Source: a virus
Taxonomy: Duplodnaviria; Caudoviricetes
Reading direction: 5' to 3' (one strand)
DNA length: 43,344 bases
Virus record (IMG/VR): IMGVR_UViG_3300033434_000009
Coordinates: 1 to 43,344 of that record
In this document: positions 14,948 to 25,638 of the stretch, one piece after another
Position numbering within the stretch: the stretch's first letter is position 1
Layout of the letters: every line of letters starts with the position of its first letter
Program-made: the position numbers and the translations under genes
Notes under the pieces: generated by a model
The model's database searches: none
What the model was told of the DNA's origin: nothing
The model's input: only the letters and a program-made list of their open reading frames with translations

Positions 14948-17900
14948 TTACCTAAACGTAGATATTAGTTGTTGTAATTTTTCTCTTTGTTCCTTGTTCA
15001 TCGACTGCGGGTTGTTTAGTTTACTTTGTATCTTTTTAGCAACATCGTTCCTAACGGTGTCCTTCTGTTCCTGTGGAAGGTTATTGTAATACTCAATAGC
15101 CTTTTCAACATCAAGTTGATTTACCTTAAGTTGGTCTTTATTCATTCTGGATTGTTCCATAATCTCTTTATATTTATTCGGGCTTATCTCTCCTGATTGT
15201 AAAGCATTCTGCAGGCTTAAAGTATTGCCATCTTTTAAATCAGCAATTATTTGATTCTTTAATCCTTTTTCTCCTTCTCGTTCGTTTCCAACACGTTTGA
15301 ATACGTCTGCTACTTCCGGCTTAACTCCATTAGCGGCATAGTCATATAAATTCCAGAACCAAGCGTTAAACTGATCAGGATATCCTATTGTATAAGCGGC
15401 AGTTTTAGTTATAGCCTCCGCAACGTCTTGTTTAGTCGCTTTTGGACTTGCTACCTTTTTAGCTATAGTGGTTGCCGCTTCTATCCCTGATAAAACAAGC
15501 GGTGTTCTGTTGGAATATGCTTTTATACCCATCATATAATCCAAGGCCAATGGAGCAAAATCTCTGACCACCGGAAACATTTGCAAAGGCGAGGTTACTA
15601 TTTCCTTTGCCCAATATTTCTTTGCATCTTCGTTTTCTCCCGGCCCCTTACCGGATATAATGTCGCTTAATACAGGGAATATAACAAATTGGGCAGCTAA
15701 ATAACCCGCAAACCTAGGCGAACCAGTTAAAGGGTTTTTCTGCAACATCCCTTTTTCTTGAATAAACCTATTGTGCATAGTATTAAAGAATCCATAAAAT
15801 GAGTTTAAAATGCTAGTTGTTCCGTTTTTGCTTCTCATAAACAACGACAAGTCTTGCGTTCTTCCTGAACCATTAACACTTTTTATTAACGTATCAGCAT
15901 AATATACGGCTTGTTTTTGATCTCCGGTTCTGGCAAACTCTTTTTTGAATGCTTGTTTCCACATTGGGATTGCTATTAAATCATCGGTATATGTCATTAA
16001 GCCGGAAAGAAATTCTCTGACGTTTCCAGTAATACCGTTTTTCTTAAATATTTCTTCTTGCGCTCTGATTATTGCATAGTCAGGGCTTTGTTGTCTGTCT
16101 CTCATGAACGGCGACAATTTATAAACTTCATCACGAATTTTTAACGCCGCTGGGTAATAGGTCAACGCTTTCGATGTATAGTTGCATAACCCTTCTTTCA
16201 TTAGCCCCATCATAGCGTCACCGTATCCAAAATCTTTAATAGCTTTAGGATATAGCGCAATGTTAGCAAGATTTTGTACTAGTACCGAAAGTCTTCCTAA
16301 TACCGCCGCCGAACCTGCTTTCCTTTTCGCTATGTTCATTACTTTATCATAGGCAGACATGCCAACATTTTTATATGCCTCTCCGTTTGCTACATTGACA
16401 ACGTAGTCGCTTATTGCTTTTAATCCTTCCGGCCCTAGTTTTATCCTAACTGCATTTTGGAAATCCTCGTCTTTTATCATTCTGCGAAAGTCTGCAATCA
16501 AGTCCCTAAAATATAAGTCGTGTACTACTTCGGTAACGTGCCGATTTATAACCGATAAATCTAAATCTACGGCGTAATCTTTTCCGGTACGCTGCCTAGT
16601 ATAACCATTTTTCGTAACGGATTTAGCACCACCATTATACTCGTTATATATCGGCCCTTGCACGTCTGCCAATTGTGCCGACTGCAATGTACTTTCTGGG
16701 TCTTGGCGTAAAGGATAATACCCTCCATCCATATTAACAGTCTTGCCGTCCTTTGTTGTCACGGTATAAGGAGAAGCCTCCACTTTATCTGGCGCGAACC
16801 CGCTGCTTTCTTCATTAAACTTCGCAACATCCGGCCATAACGAATTAATTGTATCGGTTATTTTTTGAACCGCTTTCCATTGCTTTTCAGTAAGATTATT
16901 TTGCAGTAAAGATAGAATTGTTGGTTCATCCCATTTTTTAGCATCGGCAAAAGTTAACGGCCTTGTTTTTACTATCTTCGCACGATTACCTTCGTTCCCA
17001 TAGTTCAGGGCTATGGCCATTAAGTCTTTATCAGAACATGAAACGCCTACCTCCTCTCTGAATAAATTCCTATCCATCTTCTTTAGTTCATCTGCACCAA
17101 ATTCTCCATGAAATATTTCTTTCAGTTTTGTACTAATTTCATTCATTCTAATACTTTCGAGATTGGCCCTTTCGTGTGCCGATCTAATAAAGAATTTTTC
17201 AAATGCACCGAAAGTTTCCCACCCTTGCATTTTACGGACAATAGTGTCTATTGTTTCAAGTTCGTAAGCAAGCCCATTCATTCCACGTTTAGCCTGTTCG
17301 ATAGAGGTTTTTCTTTTTGGCTTATAGGAGTCTTTAACATTTGAGTTAAGTTCTTTCAGCATATCTCCTTTTATTTCGGACATTAAACGGCCCTTTTCGG
17401 CAGCTATAGAACGCTTCTCATTGCTTGCTACCTTTTTAATGTTTCTGATAGCGTCTGTTACATCTTTTAATTCCCAACGTGTCAATTCATCATAGGGCTT
17501 TTTAATCGATTCATCCAATAACCAATCAGCTATATTAACATTACTCAACTCATTATTCATCCGGTCAGACCATTGATTTAATGTTTCGGTTTTACCTTTA
17601 GCGTCATAGTCATTACGGTCAAACCCGAAACGGTCGAGTAAAGATGCGGCTTGGTTAAAATGTTCTTGCGTCTTAAATATTTCTAACTTTTGGCCCTTAA
17701 CATCTTTCAAATACTTCTCTTGCTTTTTAAAAAACTTGTAATAGTCCATTGCTTCGATTGTTTTAAGATGGTTTACTAATTCGGTCTCCTTCCATTGGGC
17801 CGCTTCTTCATATAATCCTTTTCTATATGCCCTTTCTGACGCTCTGGCGGCCTTTTGCGCTATATTGGCATATTGTTTATAGTTAATAGCCTCTTTCAGT

Positions 17901-20392
17901 GTTTTACCAAGGAATTCATACTTCACATACTTTTTAGCCGCCGCTATGGAAATATCCGCTTTTCTGGCTAATTGTTGACTTACGTTTTCAGCTTTTAGCC
18001 ACTCTTTAGCCGATTGCCATTCCGCTTTATTGGCCTTGCGGTCTTCTTTAGATTGCTGCTTTTCTTCTGCTTTACGCTGTTTATCGGCTTCTACCGAATC
18101 TTTTTTAAAAGCGTCTAATTCTTCTTTATGGTGCTTTTTAAGGTCGGAAAGTTCGGATTTAAGGGCTTTAACTTGTTCGTCATTTTTAGCTTTTTCCATT
18201 TTAAGCACTAAGTCTTTTTCTGCATCGGCCCACCGCTTGCTGATTTCAGCTTCTTTTCTAGCCCTTGCCGCTTCGGTATGCTCTCCCCGGCCCATTCCAC
18301 GGAGGGTTTCCGCTTCAATAGCCGCCGCCTTTGCTGTTCCGGTGTTAGACTTTTCTTTTACCTTTATATCTTCCCGGTTATCGAGATTTTCCTTTTTGAA
18401 TTTAGTTGTGGCCTTTTCTAACTCTGTTTTTGCTTTTTCTGCTTTAGAGCCATTCTTAATAATTTCCTTGGCAAGGTGATCACCAGAAGAAAAACCATGT
18501 TCTTCTGCTATAGCGTCAACGGTAGCCATTTGCGAATCATCCAATTTATCAGCGAGGTATTTACTGGCAACTTCTTTAGCGTCCTTAACATCTTTGCCAA
18601 ACAACTGCAAATTAAAATCAAGCCTGTCAGACGCTTGATATAGCGGCGATTCGTTTAATTTTTCGTCTATTATTTTTCTGGCTTCTTCAAGATGTGAATT
18701 TAGTTTACTTTGAAAGTCAGGGCTAGCTTCTATTCTTTGCCGATCACGGGCTATTTTATCGGAAACCGCTTGCGATTCTCCCCTTGCCGCTGAGTATTCC
18801 GGTGTTTCATTAAGCCCTATTTCTTCATGGTACGGACTTTCTACTTCCGTTGATTCTTCCGGTACGCGAGAATCGGCTTCCCTTATGCGTTGCTCGTCTT
18901 CGCCAATCGGCCTAGTGTACTCTAACCCTTCTGCGTTAGCTTGTGGGGCGTTTTCTTCTTCCTCTGGTATGTTTACATTAGAATCAGCATTTTCTTCTTC
19001 TACAGGACGTTCTACAGAGCCTGTTTTTCCTACTGCGCTTGCCCCTTTAACTTCTCCCTGAAAATCAGCCAAGTGCAAATGTTTCCCTGTGCCAGCATCG
19101 TGATAAAGCACTTCACCCCATCCAGCGGCCTTTGCCTTTTCTAATATTTGATTGGCTACATCGTCTGAAATATCACCAACGTATAAATCAATAGCGTCAC
19201 CAGTCAAGTGATGAGAATGTTCCGCGCCGCCTACAGCCCGATTGTTTTCTTCTGATCGTCTGCCAGATGTTATTTCGGCATTTATACCATAGTCATTTTG
19301 GAGTGTTTGCCCAAACTCGTTAGCTGCTTCTTTGACAACGGGTTTAACTCCGGCGTAGTCTTCCACATCAGCGGCAACAGGAAGTTGTGTAGCAGGTTGT
19401 GAAACTTGCTCTTGCTCGCCTTTAGGTTGTTTACGCCATTCTCCAAAACCATCTACAATATTTCTTACTTTTGGTGTAAGCGGTGCTTCAAGTTTAATTG
19501 TTTCTCCTTTTGCAACTTCACCCTTTAGGCCACCTTTACCAGTTGCCGCCTTTACTCCTGCGTATGCTCCTAGAATCGGGGCGGCTACGTTAACACCACC
19601 CATAATTAGATTAGTTAATTCAGCTGCTGGGTTTTGTTGCATCTTTTTACCAAGTTCGGGGTCGGTAACAGTTTGTAGTAATGGGTCAAGCCATACGCTT
19701 TTAACCCCTAATCCTAACGAAGTAGCAGCCCCTTTATCGGCGTTTTCCTGCGCTCCTTTATAAGCACCTTCGCCTGTTTGTAACCCAAACGCAGCGGCGG
19801 CAATCGGAGGAGCTACCGCTGCGCCAACACCCATCATTCCAGGGTATAAGGTTTCGTTTCTAAAATTAGAACTGGCTTTACTAAGCAATGCTTGTGCTTG
19901 GTCAACATCTTCCTGGGTATATCCTGGTTTCGGCGCGTACTTTCCGGTAGCCCCATCATATTCAGCTACCGTGTCAAATCTATTTTGTTCACGGGCCATT
20001 TCTTGATAACCTTGTACCGCACCAACGCCATAGTTATACAGGCTGCTTCCTACGCCCTCTACAACCTTTGCCTCCGCTCGTACCCCTTGCCGATTTGATT
20101 CGGCGTACATTTCGTTCATGTTTTGAAGGGTGTCTTTTATCCCCGCTAATGTCGGGTGATCTTTATGAAATTTCCAATCTTTAAAACCATCAACGAAGTC
20201 GCCAAAGCCATCTATAAGCTTTTCATCGTCGCTTTTTACGTCCGGTGTTATCGCATCTTCCGCGTAATCCGAAACCGACTGTGCCGCGTTACTCGCGTAG
20301 TTATACATTTGCTCGTTACTGGCGTGTTGGGCTTCATCGGCTTTTTGCTTGTTTTGCGTGTAGGTATCCCACAAATCAGAAAAAAATCCCAT
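14948..20392 (-). CDS. Large internal virion/DNA ejection protein with peptidase M15 domain
   Basis: 1814 aa; ITSGRRS...GGAEHSHHLTGDAIDL...HLHL; GGYYPL motif; T7 gp16-equivalent position. Confidence 0.85.
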   Translation of the reverse strand: MGFFSDLWDTYTQNKQKADEAQHASNEQMYNYASNAAQSVSDYAEDAITPDVKSDDEKLIDGFGDFVDGFKDWKFHKDHPTLAGIKDTLQNMNEMYAESNRQGVRAEAKVVEGVGSSLYNYGVGAVQGYQEMAREQNRFDTVAEYDGATGKYAPKPGYTQEDVDQAQALLSKASSNFRNETLYPGMMGVGAAVAPPIAAAAFGLQTGEGAYKGAQENADKGAATSLGLGVKSVWLDPLLQTVTDPELGKKMQQNPAAELTNLIMGGVNVAAPILGAYAGVKAATGKGGLKGEVAKGETIKLEAPLTPKVRNIVDGFGEWRKQPKGEQEQVSQPATQLPVAADVEDYAGVKPVVKEAANEFGQTLQNDYGINAEITSGRRSEENNRAVGGAEHSHHLTGDAIDLYVGDISDDVANQILEKAKAAGWGEVLYHDAGTGKHLHLADFQGEVKGASAVGKTGSVERPVEEENADSNVNIPEEEENAPQANAEGLEYTRPIGEDEQRIREADSRVPEESTEVESPYHEEIGLNETPEYSAARGESQAVSDKIARDRQRIEASPDFQSKLNSHLEEARKIIDEKLNESPLYQASDRLDFNLQLFGKDVKDAKEVASKYLADKLDDSQMATVDAIAEEHGFSSGDHLAKEIIKNGSKAEKAKTELEKATTKFKKENLDNREDIKVKEKSNTGTAKAAAIEAETLRGMGRGEHTEAARARKEAEISKRWADAEKDLVLKMEKAKNDEQVKALKSELSDLKKHHKEELDAFKKDSVEADKQRKAEEKQQSKEDRKANKAEWQSAKEWLKAENVSQQLARKADISIAAAKKYVKYEFLGKTLKEAINYKQYANIAQKAARASERAYRKGLYEEAAQWKETELVNHLKTIEAMDYYKFFKKQEKYLKDVKGQKLEIFKTQEHFNQAASLLDRFGFDRNDYDAKGKTETLNQWSDRMNNELSNVNIADWLLDESIKKPYDELTRWELKDVTDAIRNIKKVASNEKRSIAAEKGRLMSEIKGDMLKELNSNVKDSYKPKRKTSIEQAKRGMNGLAYELETIDTIVRKMQGWETFGAFEKFFIRSAHERANLESIRMNEISTKLKEIFHGEFGADELKKMDRNLFREEVGVSCSDKDLMAIALNYGNEGNRAKIVKTRPLTFADAKKWDEPTILSLLQNNLTEKQWKAVQKITDTINSLWPDVAKFNEESSGFAPDKVEASPYTVTTKDGKTVNMDGGYYPLRQDPESTLQSAQLADVQGPIYNEYNGGAKSVTKNGYTRQRTGKDYAVDLDLSVINRHVTEVVHDLYFRDLIADFRRMIKDEDFQNAVRIKLGPEGLKAISDYVVNVANGEAYKNVGMSAYDKVMNIAKRKAGSAAVLGRLSVLVQNLANIALYPKAIKDFGYGDAMMGLMKEGLCNYTSKALTYYPAALKIRDEVYKLSPFMRDRQQSPDYAIIRAQEEIFKKNGITGNVREFLSGLMTYTDDLIAIPMWKQAFKKEFARTGDQKQAVYYADTLIKSVNGSGRTQDLSLFMRSKNGTTSILNSFYGFFNTMHNRFIQEKGMLQKNPLTGSPRFAGYLAAQFVIFPVLSDIISGKGPGENEDAKKYWAKEIVTSPLQMFPVVRDFAPLALDYMMGIKAYSNRTPLVLSGIEAATTIAKKVASPKATKQDVAEAITKTAAYTIGYPDQFNAWFWNLYDYAANGVKPEVADVFKRVGNEREGEKGLKNQIIADLKDGNTLSLQNALQSGEISPNKYKEIMEQSRMNKDQLKVNQLDVEKAIEYYNNLPQEQKDTVRNDVAKKIQSKLNNPQSMNKEQREKLQQLISTFR

Positions 20393-21915
20393 TACTGGCC
20401 TCCAAATTTATGCGTCATATAGGCGTAAACATCATCATCTGATGCATCAGGAAACTTTGCTTTTATCGCCCTGAACAGCCTATTATATTCATCGGCTTGC
20501 GGATTAGGTGCTTGTTGTTGCTGTTGCTGTTCTTGTGTGCCTCCGTCAGGCCCAAAGTATTTTTTTAGCCTTATTGATGCTAAGTTATATTTTATTTGGC
20601 CTTGGGGAGTAATTTCTTTAGCGTCTATGTCGCCTCTTTTTAATCCAGCAATTATTTCATAATACGCTTGCATGGTTTCTGTGTCTCTATCCAGTCCACC
20701 ATTAGATTCATAATCAGAACGCCACTTATCATCCTTACTGGCAGTTCCTTTAGCTATCCGCCTATCTCTACCTGCGATCTTATCTATGTGATTTTGGATA
20801 GTGATTCTCTGGCTTGATAAAAGATTAGTTGCATTATCTAAAATTGATTGCATATTAGCAACGTTTCCAGAACTAAGAACTTGCCTAAATGTGGTTTCAT
20901 AGTATTTATCGCTTGCCTGTTTCTGGAATTTTTGTTGATCTCCATAAAACTGCTTTAGATTATTCAAATAAATAGGAAGGTCAGGGCTTTCCCCTTTTAC
21001 TTGCATAATCTCATCGTAGGCCCCTTTTTCATTGTCTATCCCATACTTATTAAACAGAGCCTGTGTTGTGCTGACAGCATCCTGCCTAATAAGTGCCGGA
21101 CGAAGTTTTGCTTCTATGTCAGAATACGTGTTAGCGTCTAACTTATCTCCGTAATAAGTAACTAAGTCTTTAGCTGCTCCAATATTACCGTCAGTTATGA
21201 GATTAAGCGCCGTATCTTTTAATGAACCGTTTATTCTTTTCTGTACGTTGGTATTTATCTCTGCGTCAGTAAGCCCGATTCGCTTGCCGTACATTATTTC
21301 ATTAGCAACCATATCCCGAATGTTTTGATTCGCGGCTAACTGAAATTGGTTTTTAAGGTCTGCGTCTTGTTGCTGTGAGGCCATCATCATATTAGTAGAA
21401 AATCCGTTTGTTAATGTGGTGTTAGCCGAGTCGTAACTTTCTTTCCAGGCTACTCCCTGCTGCTTGTTCTGGTATTTAGCGGTAGCGTTCATTGTCGGTA
21501 TGTTGGAATCGGCTATCCTTCGCGCAAACAGTTGTTTTTGCCTATCATTAAGGCCCTTTCCAGTTTCGATTGCTATCTTTTGCAAGCCGGAATCAGTTGC
21601 CTTTAAAACTCCTGGTACTTCATTGCCTTGATCGTCCTTACCGTCAAGTGCATTTATACCATTTCTGCTAAACTGACCGTTTTCTCCGTATAAAAAACTA
21701 ATCTTTTGCTTCTCATATTCAGTAAGTGCATTAGTTACACTAAGTTCATCGTCTTTATCTTGTTGCTGTTTAATAGCCCCAGCTAAACCACCAAGTTCCC
21801 CGGCAAGGTTTTGTTGCGCTTGTGCCATTCCTCCATTCTCCACCGGGGTATATTGCATCCTTGTTGTAGGTGCATTTTGTGTTACTTGAGAAAAATACCT
21901 TGGTACTTGCGGCAC
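20392..21915 (-). CDS. Internal virion protein (gp15-equivalent position)
   Basis: MPQVPRY start, Gln/Ala-rich helical sequence, synteny. Confidence 0.7.
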   Translation of the reverse strand: MPQVPRYFSQVTQNAPTTRMQYTPVENGGMAQAQQNLAGELGGLAGAIKQQQDKDDELSVTNALTEYEKQKISFLYGENGQFSRNGINALDGKDDQGNEVPGVLKATDSGLQKIAIETGKGLNDRQKQLFARRIADSNIPTMNATAKYQNKQQGVAWKESYDSANTTLTNGFSTNMMMASQQQDADLKNQFQLAANQNIRDMVANEIMYGKRIGLTDAEINTNVQKRINGSLKDTALNLITDGNIGAAKDLVTYYGDKLDANTYSDIEAKLRPALIRQDAVSTTQALFNKYGIDNEKGAYDEIMQVKGESPDLPIYLNNLKQFYGDQQKFQKQASDKYYETTFRQVLSSGNVANMQSILDNATNLLSSQRITIQNHIDKIAGRDRRIAKGTASKDDKWRSDYESNGGLDRDTETMQAYYEIIAGLKRGDIDAKEITPQGQIKYNLASIRLKKYFGPDGGTQEQQQQQQAPNPQADEYNRLFRAIKAKFPDASDDDVYAYMTHKFGGQ

Positions 21916-21926
21916 TTATATCACCT

Positions 21927-22412
21927 CTATTTAAGTTTATAGTAACTTGTCACACCGCCAAGCAACGAAGAAAACGCATTTAATTTCCCTGCATTTTTAG
22001 CATTAGCAGCGGAAGCCCTTAACGAACTAGCTTGACTTCTATAATTAGTAGCGTCATTTTCCATAGAGTTAACTGTATTGGCGGTATTACGTTTAGTTTG
22101 CAGCACATCCATAAGGTTTTCATAGTTAGTGCTTTTAATAACATCGGCCGCACTACCGGATGCCGTATCAATATTGCTTGCCCCAAACGTAGCGGTTTGG
22201 GTTCCCATCGTTTGTTTTCCTTGCTGACGTATTTGTCTAGCCTGTTGCGCTCCTGCTCTGGCTGCATAACCGGCTTGATTTTCTGATAAGGCCGCGTTTT
22301 GCTCTGCTACCTTTGCCGCGGCTTCATATTGTGCCGCCTGTGCATTAGCCTGTTGTGTACTGGAATAGGCTCCCAGAACAGAAGAAGCTGCCGATAATTC
22401 TGCTACGCACAT
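21927..22412 (-). CDS. Internal virion protein (gp14-like)
   Basis: MC start, Ala/Gln-rich, GASNIDTASGS motif, synteny. Confidence 0.75.
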   Translation of the reverse strand: MCVAELSAASSVLGAYSSTQQANAQAAQYEAAAKVAEQNAALSENQAGYAARAGAQQARQIRQQGKQTMGTQTATFGASNIDTASGSAADVIKSTNYENLMDVLQTKRNTANTVNSMENDATNYRSQASSLRASAANAKNAGKLNAFSSLLGGVTSYYKLK

Positions 22413-22414
22413 TA

Positions 22415-22858
22415 TTACACCGCCTTTCTATATTTCTTCGTAAACTTTCGTATTGGATAATCATTAATCAACTCCACCGGCCCAATAGAAAACCCCAACC
22501 ATGTTAGCCACTTTAAAATAAAAGTGTTGGTTGAGGCGGTATAATTTTCAAGCCTACCATATTTTCTTAATAGTTTATCAACAACAACCTTACTTGCGCT
22601 GAAAAAACTCTTTGGTAAACTATCTAAATCTCTGATAAATATCATCCATAGCGTACTAGGGAACACCATTCCGTATATGCAAACTATATTTCCGTCAACA
22701 TCAGAAATCCAAGCCTCTGTGCTGTCTTTAAACGAGTTTTTTAACGCTTCTTTACCGCTTACACCTAAAAGCGTGTAAATCTCCTCTACGTCCTCTGTAC
22801 GCATTTTGGCCGCTATATACTCCACATCGTCCATATTCGCTCGTCTTATATTAACCAT
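22415..22858 (-). CDS. T7 gp13-like acetyltransferase-fold protein
   Basis: MRTEDVEEI, LENY...N...KWLTWLGF motifs; position after the nozzle. Confidence 0.75.
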   Translation of the reverse strand: MVNIRRANMDDVEYIAAKMRTEDVEEIYTLLGVSGKEALKNSFKDSTEAWISDVDGNIVCIYGMVFPSTLWMIFIRDLDSLPKSFFSASKVVVDKLLRKYGRLENYTASTNTFILKWLTWLGFSIGPVELINDYPIRKFTKKYRKAV

Positions 22859-25634
22859 CTAGCTGCACCTCCGATATAATTGCCAGCACAGTAATAGGCA
22901 AAGGGTCTGTACTTCTAATACAGACCCTTCCTTTTATTCCTGAACCTGAAATTGTCGGCATATCCTTATCTCCAGTAAATAACGCTACCGGGTCGCCATA
23001 AGCTTCGTTTGACCTCATTTTAATTTCATATAATTTGTTAAAAGTTGTCCCTGCCCAAGCCCCTCTAGACTGCTCAAACCGAATCGTTGCTTTACTTATC
23101 CTCTTATTTCTACTTTGTATCGTTCCGTCTTTAGCCTGAAATTCGACGTTCATAGTCTCTAAGTCGCACGTATACGGTAATCCTATGTGTACTACTTTAG
23201 CTGAATGGTCAAGCGTCACTGAACCACCGGACACCGTTTTAGCCGGATGAACGTTACCATCAGCCAATATGGACACTGTTTTACCTTCCAAATGGTCAAG
23301 CCCGGTAAAGGTAGTTGCAGCTGTATCAGAAGTATAAGTAAGTCCACAATCAACAAAATATTGATCTTCCGGTTGATATATTACAACATATTCTCCATCG
23401 TCATTAGTGGAGTAAGTGGCATCCGTAGTGCGTGGTGCCATATACTCAATATACCTTTTTGTTTCTCCGTCTATAGTTCTATTGACAACAAACCAAACTT
23501 GATCGTATCCGTCACCGGGAATTACACATACGCTTTCAAACGTGCCGTCAGTTTCATGTCGGTGCCAGCCTGCCACTTGTTGATCTGCTAAATAGGTTAA
23601 TCCTAATAGCATACCATCGCTGCCAACGCACCACACTATACTATTAGGGTCTTGTGCATAAGCCCATTCGGTAATTGTCCGATTCTCAAACAAATGTCCA
23701 GCATATAACGTAATATATGTAGCTTCATATGAGTATGACTGTATACTGTACCCCATGTCAAAAACGCTTGAACCTTTAGCTCCTGCGAATAATATATGGT
23801 TTCCTATAATAACCGGATTCAGCGAAGACGCTCCGTAAAACCCTTGTGCATTTGCGCTTTGATTTGAAGGTGTCCATGCTGAATCGCCGCCGCTTCCTAT
23901 AACCCAATACCCTCCGGCAGTTAATCCTACAATCTGAGACAGACCTTTCAGTGACTTTATAGCATTTACTTTTTCCGACACTAGAGGGGTTGTAATAGCG
24001 TCATCGTCTTCGACTGTAAACGATACACCAAAATTAACATAGTCTCCAGTTGTAGACCCCCATAATGTTTGAGGTTCATAAGAGGTACTAGCAAATACCA
24101 ATCTATTTTGATAGAAAATAACCGTTGAAGGATATCCTCTAACATCAGACCATGCCCCATAATACCATAAATCTGTCGAATCAGTGCTGCCAATCGCTTG
24201 CTTAACCGTTGCTGTTGCCACTGTTCCACTGGTAACGGCGGTAATTTCAACTATTCCGGTTGCCGTATATGGTTCTATTGTTAAATCATAATAACATGTA
24301 CCGCTTGAAACACTATACAGTTTAAGGCGCAACATGACCATTTCGTCTTCTTCTGTATCGCTGTCTGATATATTATCCGTGGCCAATGAGTATTGACGCA
24401 TTTTTTTCCATGTAACACCTTCGTCAGTTGATTTTTCAAGATGTAAAACTCCGGTCAGATTACCATGAGTAGTTACAGACCAAGTTCCCATTCCTCTAAC
24501 AGTATCACTATAATTTGCTACTTTAGTAGTAGCAGTAACCGTAGTCGATAATGATCTATATGATCTATTTAAAGAAACAGTACAAGTTCCTGAAGTAGTT
24601 CCTGTTATTATCGCATATGCGTACTCATAATGATACGAATTGCTCACCACCGAAGTTGCTGTATATGTTCCTGCGGCTGTTTCCGTTAATGTTGCAGTCC
24701 ATGAGCTATTATTTCGAGAAGTATACAGTGTTATCGTTGCGCCAGCAAATGTTCCAGAGACTGTCATAGTATACGTTATAGTGTAAGTATAGCCTGAACT
24801 ATATGTACTCTTTATTTTACTAGTGCTTGCACTAGATATAACACTTGAAGTAGAAAAGCTGTCGCTAATTGTCTGCGCTTCTAAGTCTTGTTCGAGTTTA
24901 AATAACGAACCAACATGACCAGATTCAAAAATATCACTCGATGCAGTCAACGTAATACTTCCGGTTACATCACTTGGCGTTACCGTAGTGTCAGTAAGAT
25001 TAATCGGTGCAAACGGCCCTAATTTATACGCTAAATCAGCTATTGTCCAGCTTGTATCTGACGTTCTGGTAAGCGTCTTAGGTACATGATCAGGATGAAC
25101 TATGTATAAAACATCAGCCGACTGCGCAAATTTAAGATCGTCTAATTCATCAGAAGTATAAGGAGTTACCACTTCGTATATTGCGCTTTGCGTCCAATAT
25201 GTAGCCCAGCTAGTCCCTGTTCCCGGTTCGTCCGTAGATGACGATGTATGAGCGGTTGTACATCGGTAAATTAAGCTATTTTCTAATACATAGTCACCAA
25301 CAACATATGAAGTTGCAGTAACCCACGCATCGGCTGTGCTTTTTACAATTTGACCATTATCTCGATAAAACCTAACATAGTAATTACCAAATTCCAGTAC
25401 ATAAGCAATTGATTCAGAAAAAACAAATGAAACTACACGGCATTTATTTGCACTATCCTTAGATTCTGCAACAAAGTAAGTTCCCGGTCTGTTGGTAGCC
25501 GCTCCCTGTGGTTTAACATAGAAATTTTTCATTGTTTTTAGACCAGTAGAATATTTTTGAATATCTTGCCTTGCGTCTATATTGGGAGCAAATTCTCCAC
25601 CAGTGAAACTATTCTGCATTAAGTAAATTGGCAT
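22851..25634 (-). CDS. Tail tubular protein B / nozzle (T7 gp12-like)
   Basis: QNSFTGGE, AQSADVLYIVHPDH, GYPSTVIFYQNRLVFA, GWHRHETDG, GLDHLEGKTV. Confidence 0.9.
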   Translation of the reverse strand: MPIYLMQNSFTGGEFAPNIDARQDIQKYSTGLKTMKNFYVKPQGAATNRPGTYFVAESKDSANKCRVVSFVFSESIAYVLEFGNYYVRFYRDNGQIVKSTADAWVTATSYVVGDYVLENSLIYRCTTAHTSSSTDEPGTGTSWATYWTQSAIYEVVTPYTSDELDDLKFAQSADVLYIVHPDHVPKTLTRTSDTSWTIADLAYKLGPFAPINLTDTTVTPSDVTGSITLTASSDIFESGHVGSLFKLEQDLEAQTISDSFSTSSVISSASTSKIKSTYSSGYTYTITYTMTVSGTFAGATITLYTSRNNSSWTATLTETAAGTYTATSVVSNSYHYEYAYAIITGTTSGTCTVSLNRSYRSLSTTVTATTKVANYSDTVRGMGTWSVTTHGNLTGVLHLEKSTDEGVTWKKMRQYSLATDNISDSDTEEDEMVMLRLKLYSVSSGTCYYDLTIEPYTATGIVEITAVTSGTVATATVKQAIGSTDSTDLWYYGAWSDVRGYPSTVIFYQNRLVFASTSYEPQTLWGSTTGDYVNFGVSFTVEDDDAITTPLVSEKVNAIKSLKGLSQIVGLTAGGYWVIGSGGDSAWTPSNQSANAQGFYGASSLNPVIIGNHILFAGAKGSSVFDMGYSIQSYSYEATYITLYAGHLFENRTITEWAYAQDPNSIVWCVGSDGMLLGLTYLADQQVAGWHRHETDGTFESVCVIPGDGYDQVWFVVNRTIDGETKRYIEYMAPRTTDATYSTNDDGEYVVIYQPEDQYFVDCGLTYTSDTAATTFTGLDHLEGKTVSILADGNVHPAKTVSGGSVTLDHSAKVVHIGLPYTCDLETMNVEFQAKDGTIQSRNKRISKATIRFEQSRGAWAGTTFNKLYEIKMRSNEAYGDPVALFTGDKDMPTISGSGIKGRVCIRSTDPLPITVLAIISEVQLDG

Positions 25635-25638
25635 TAAA

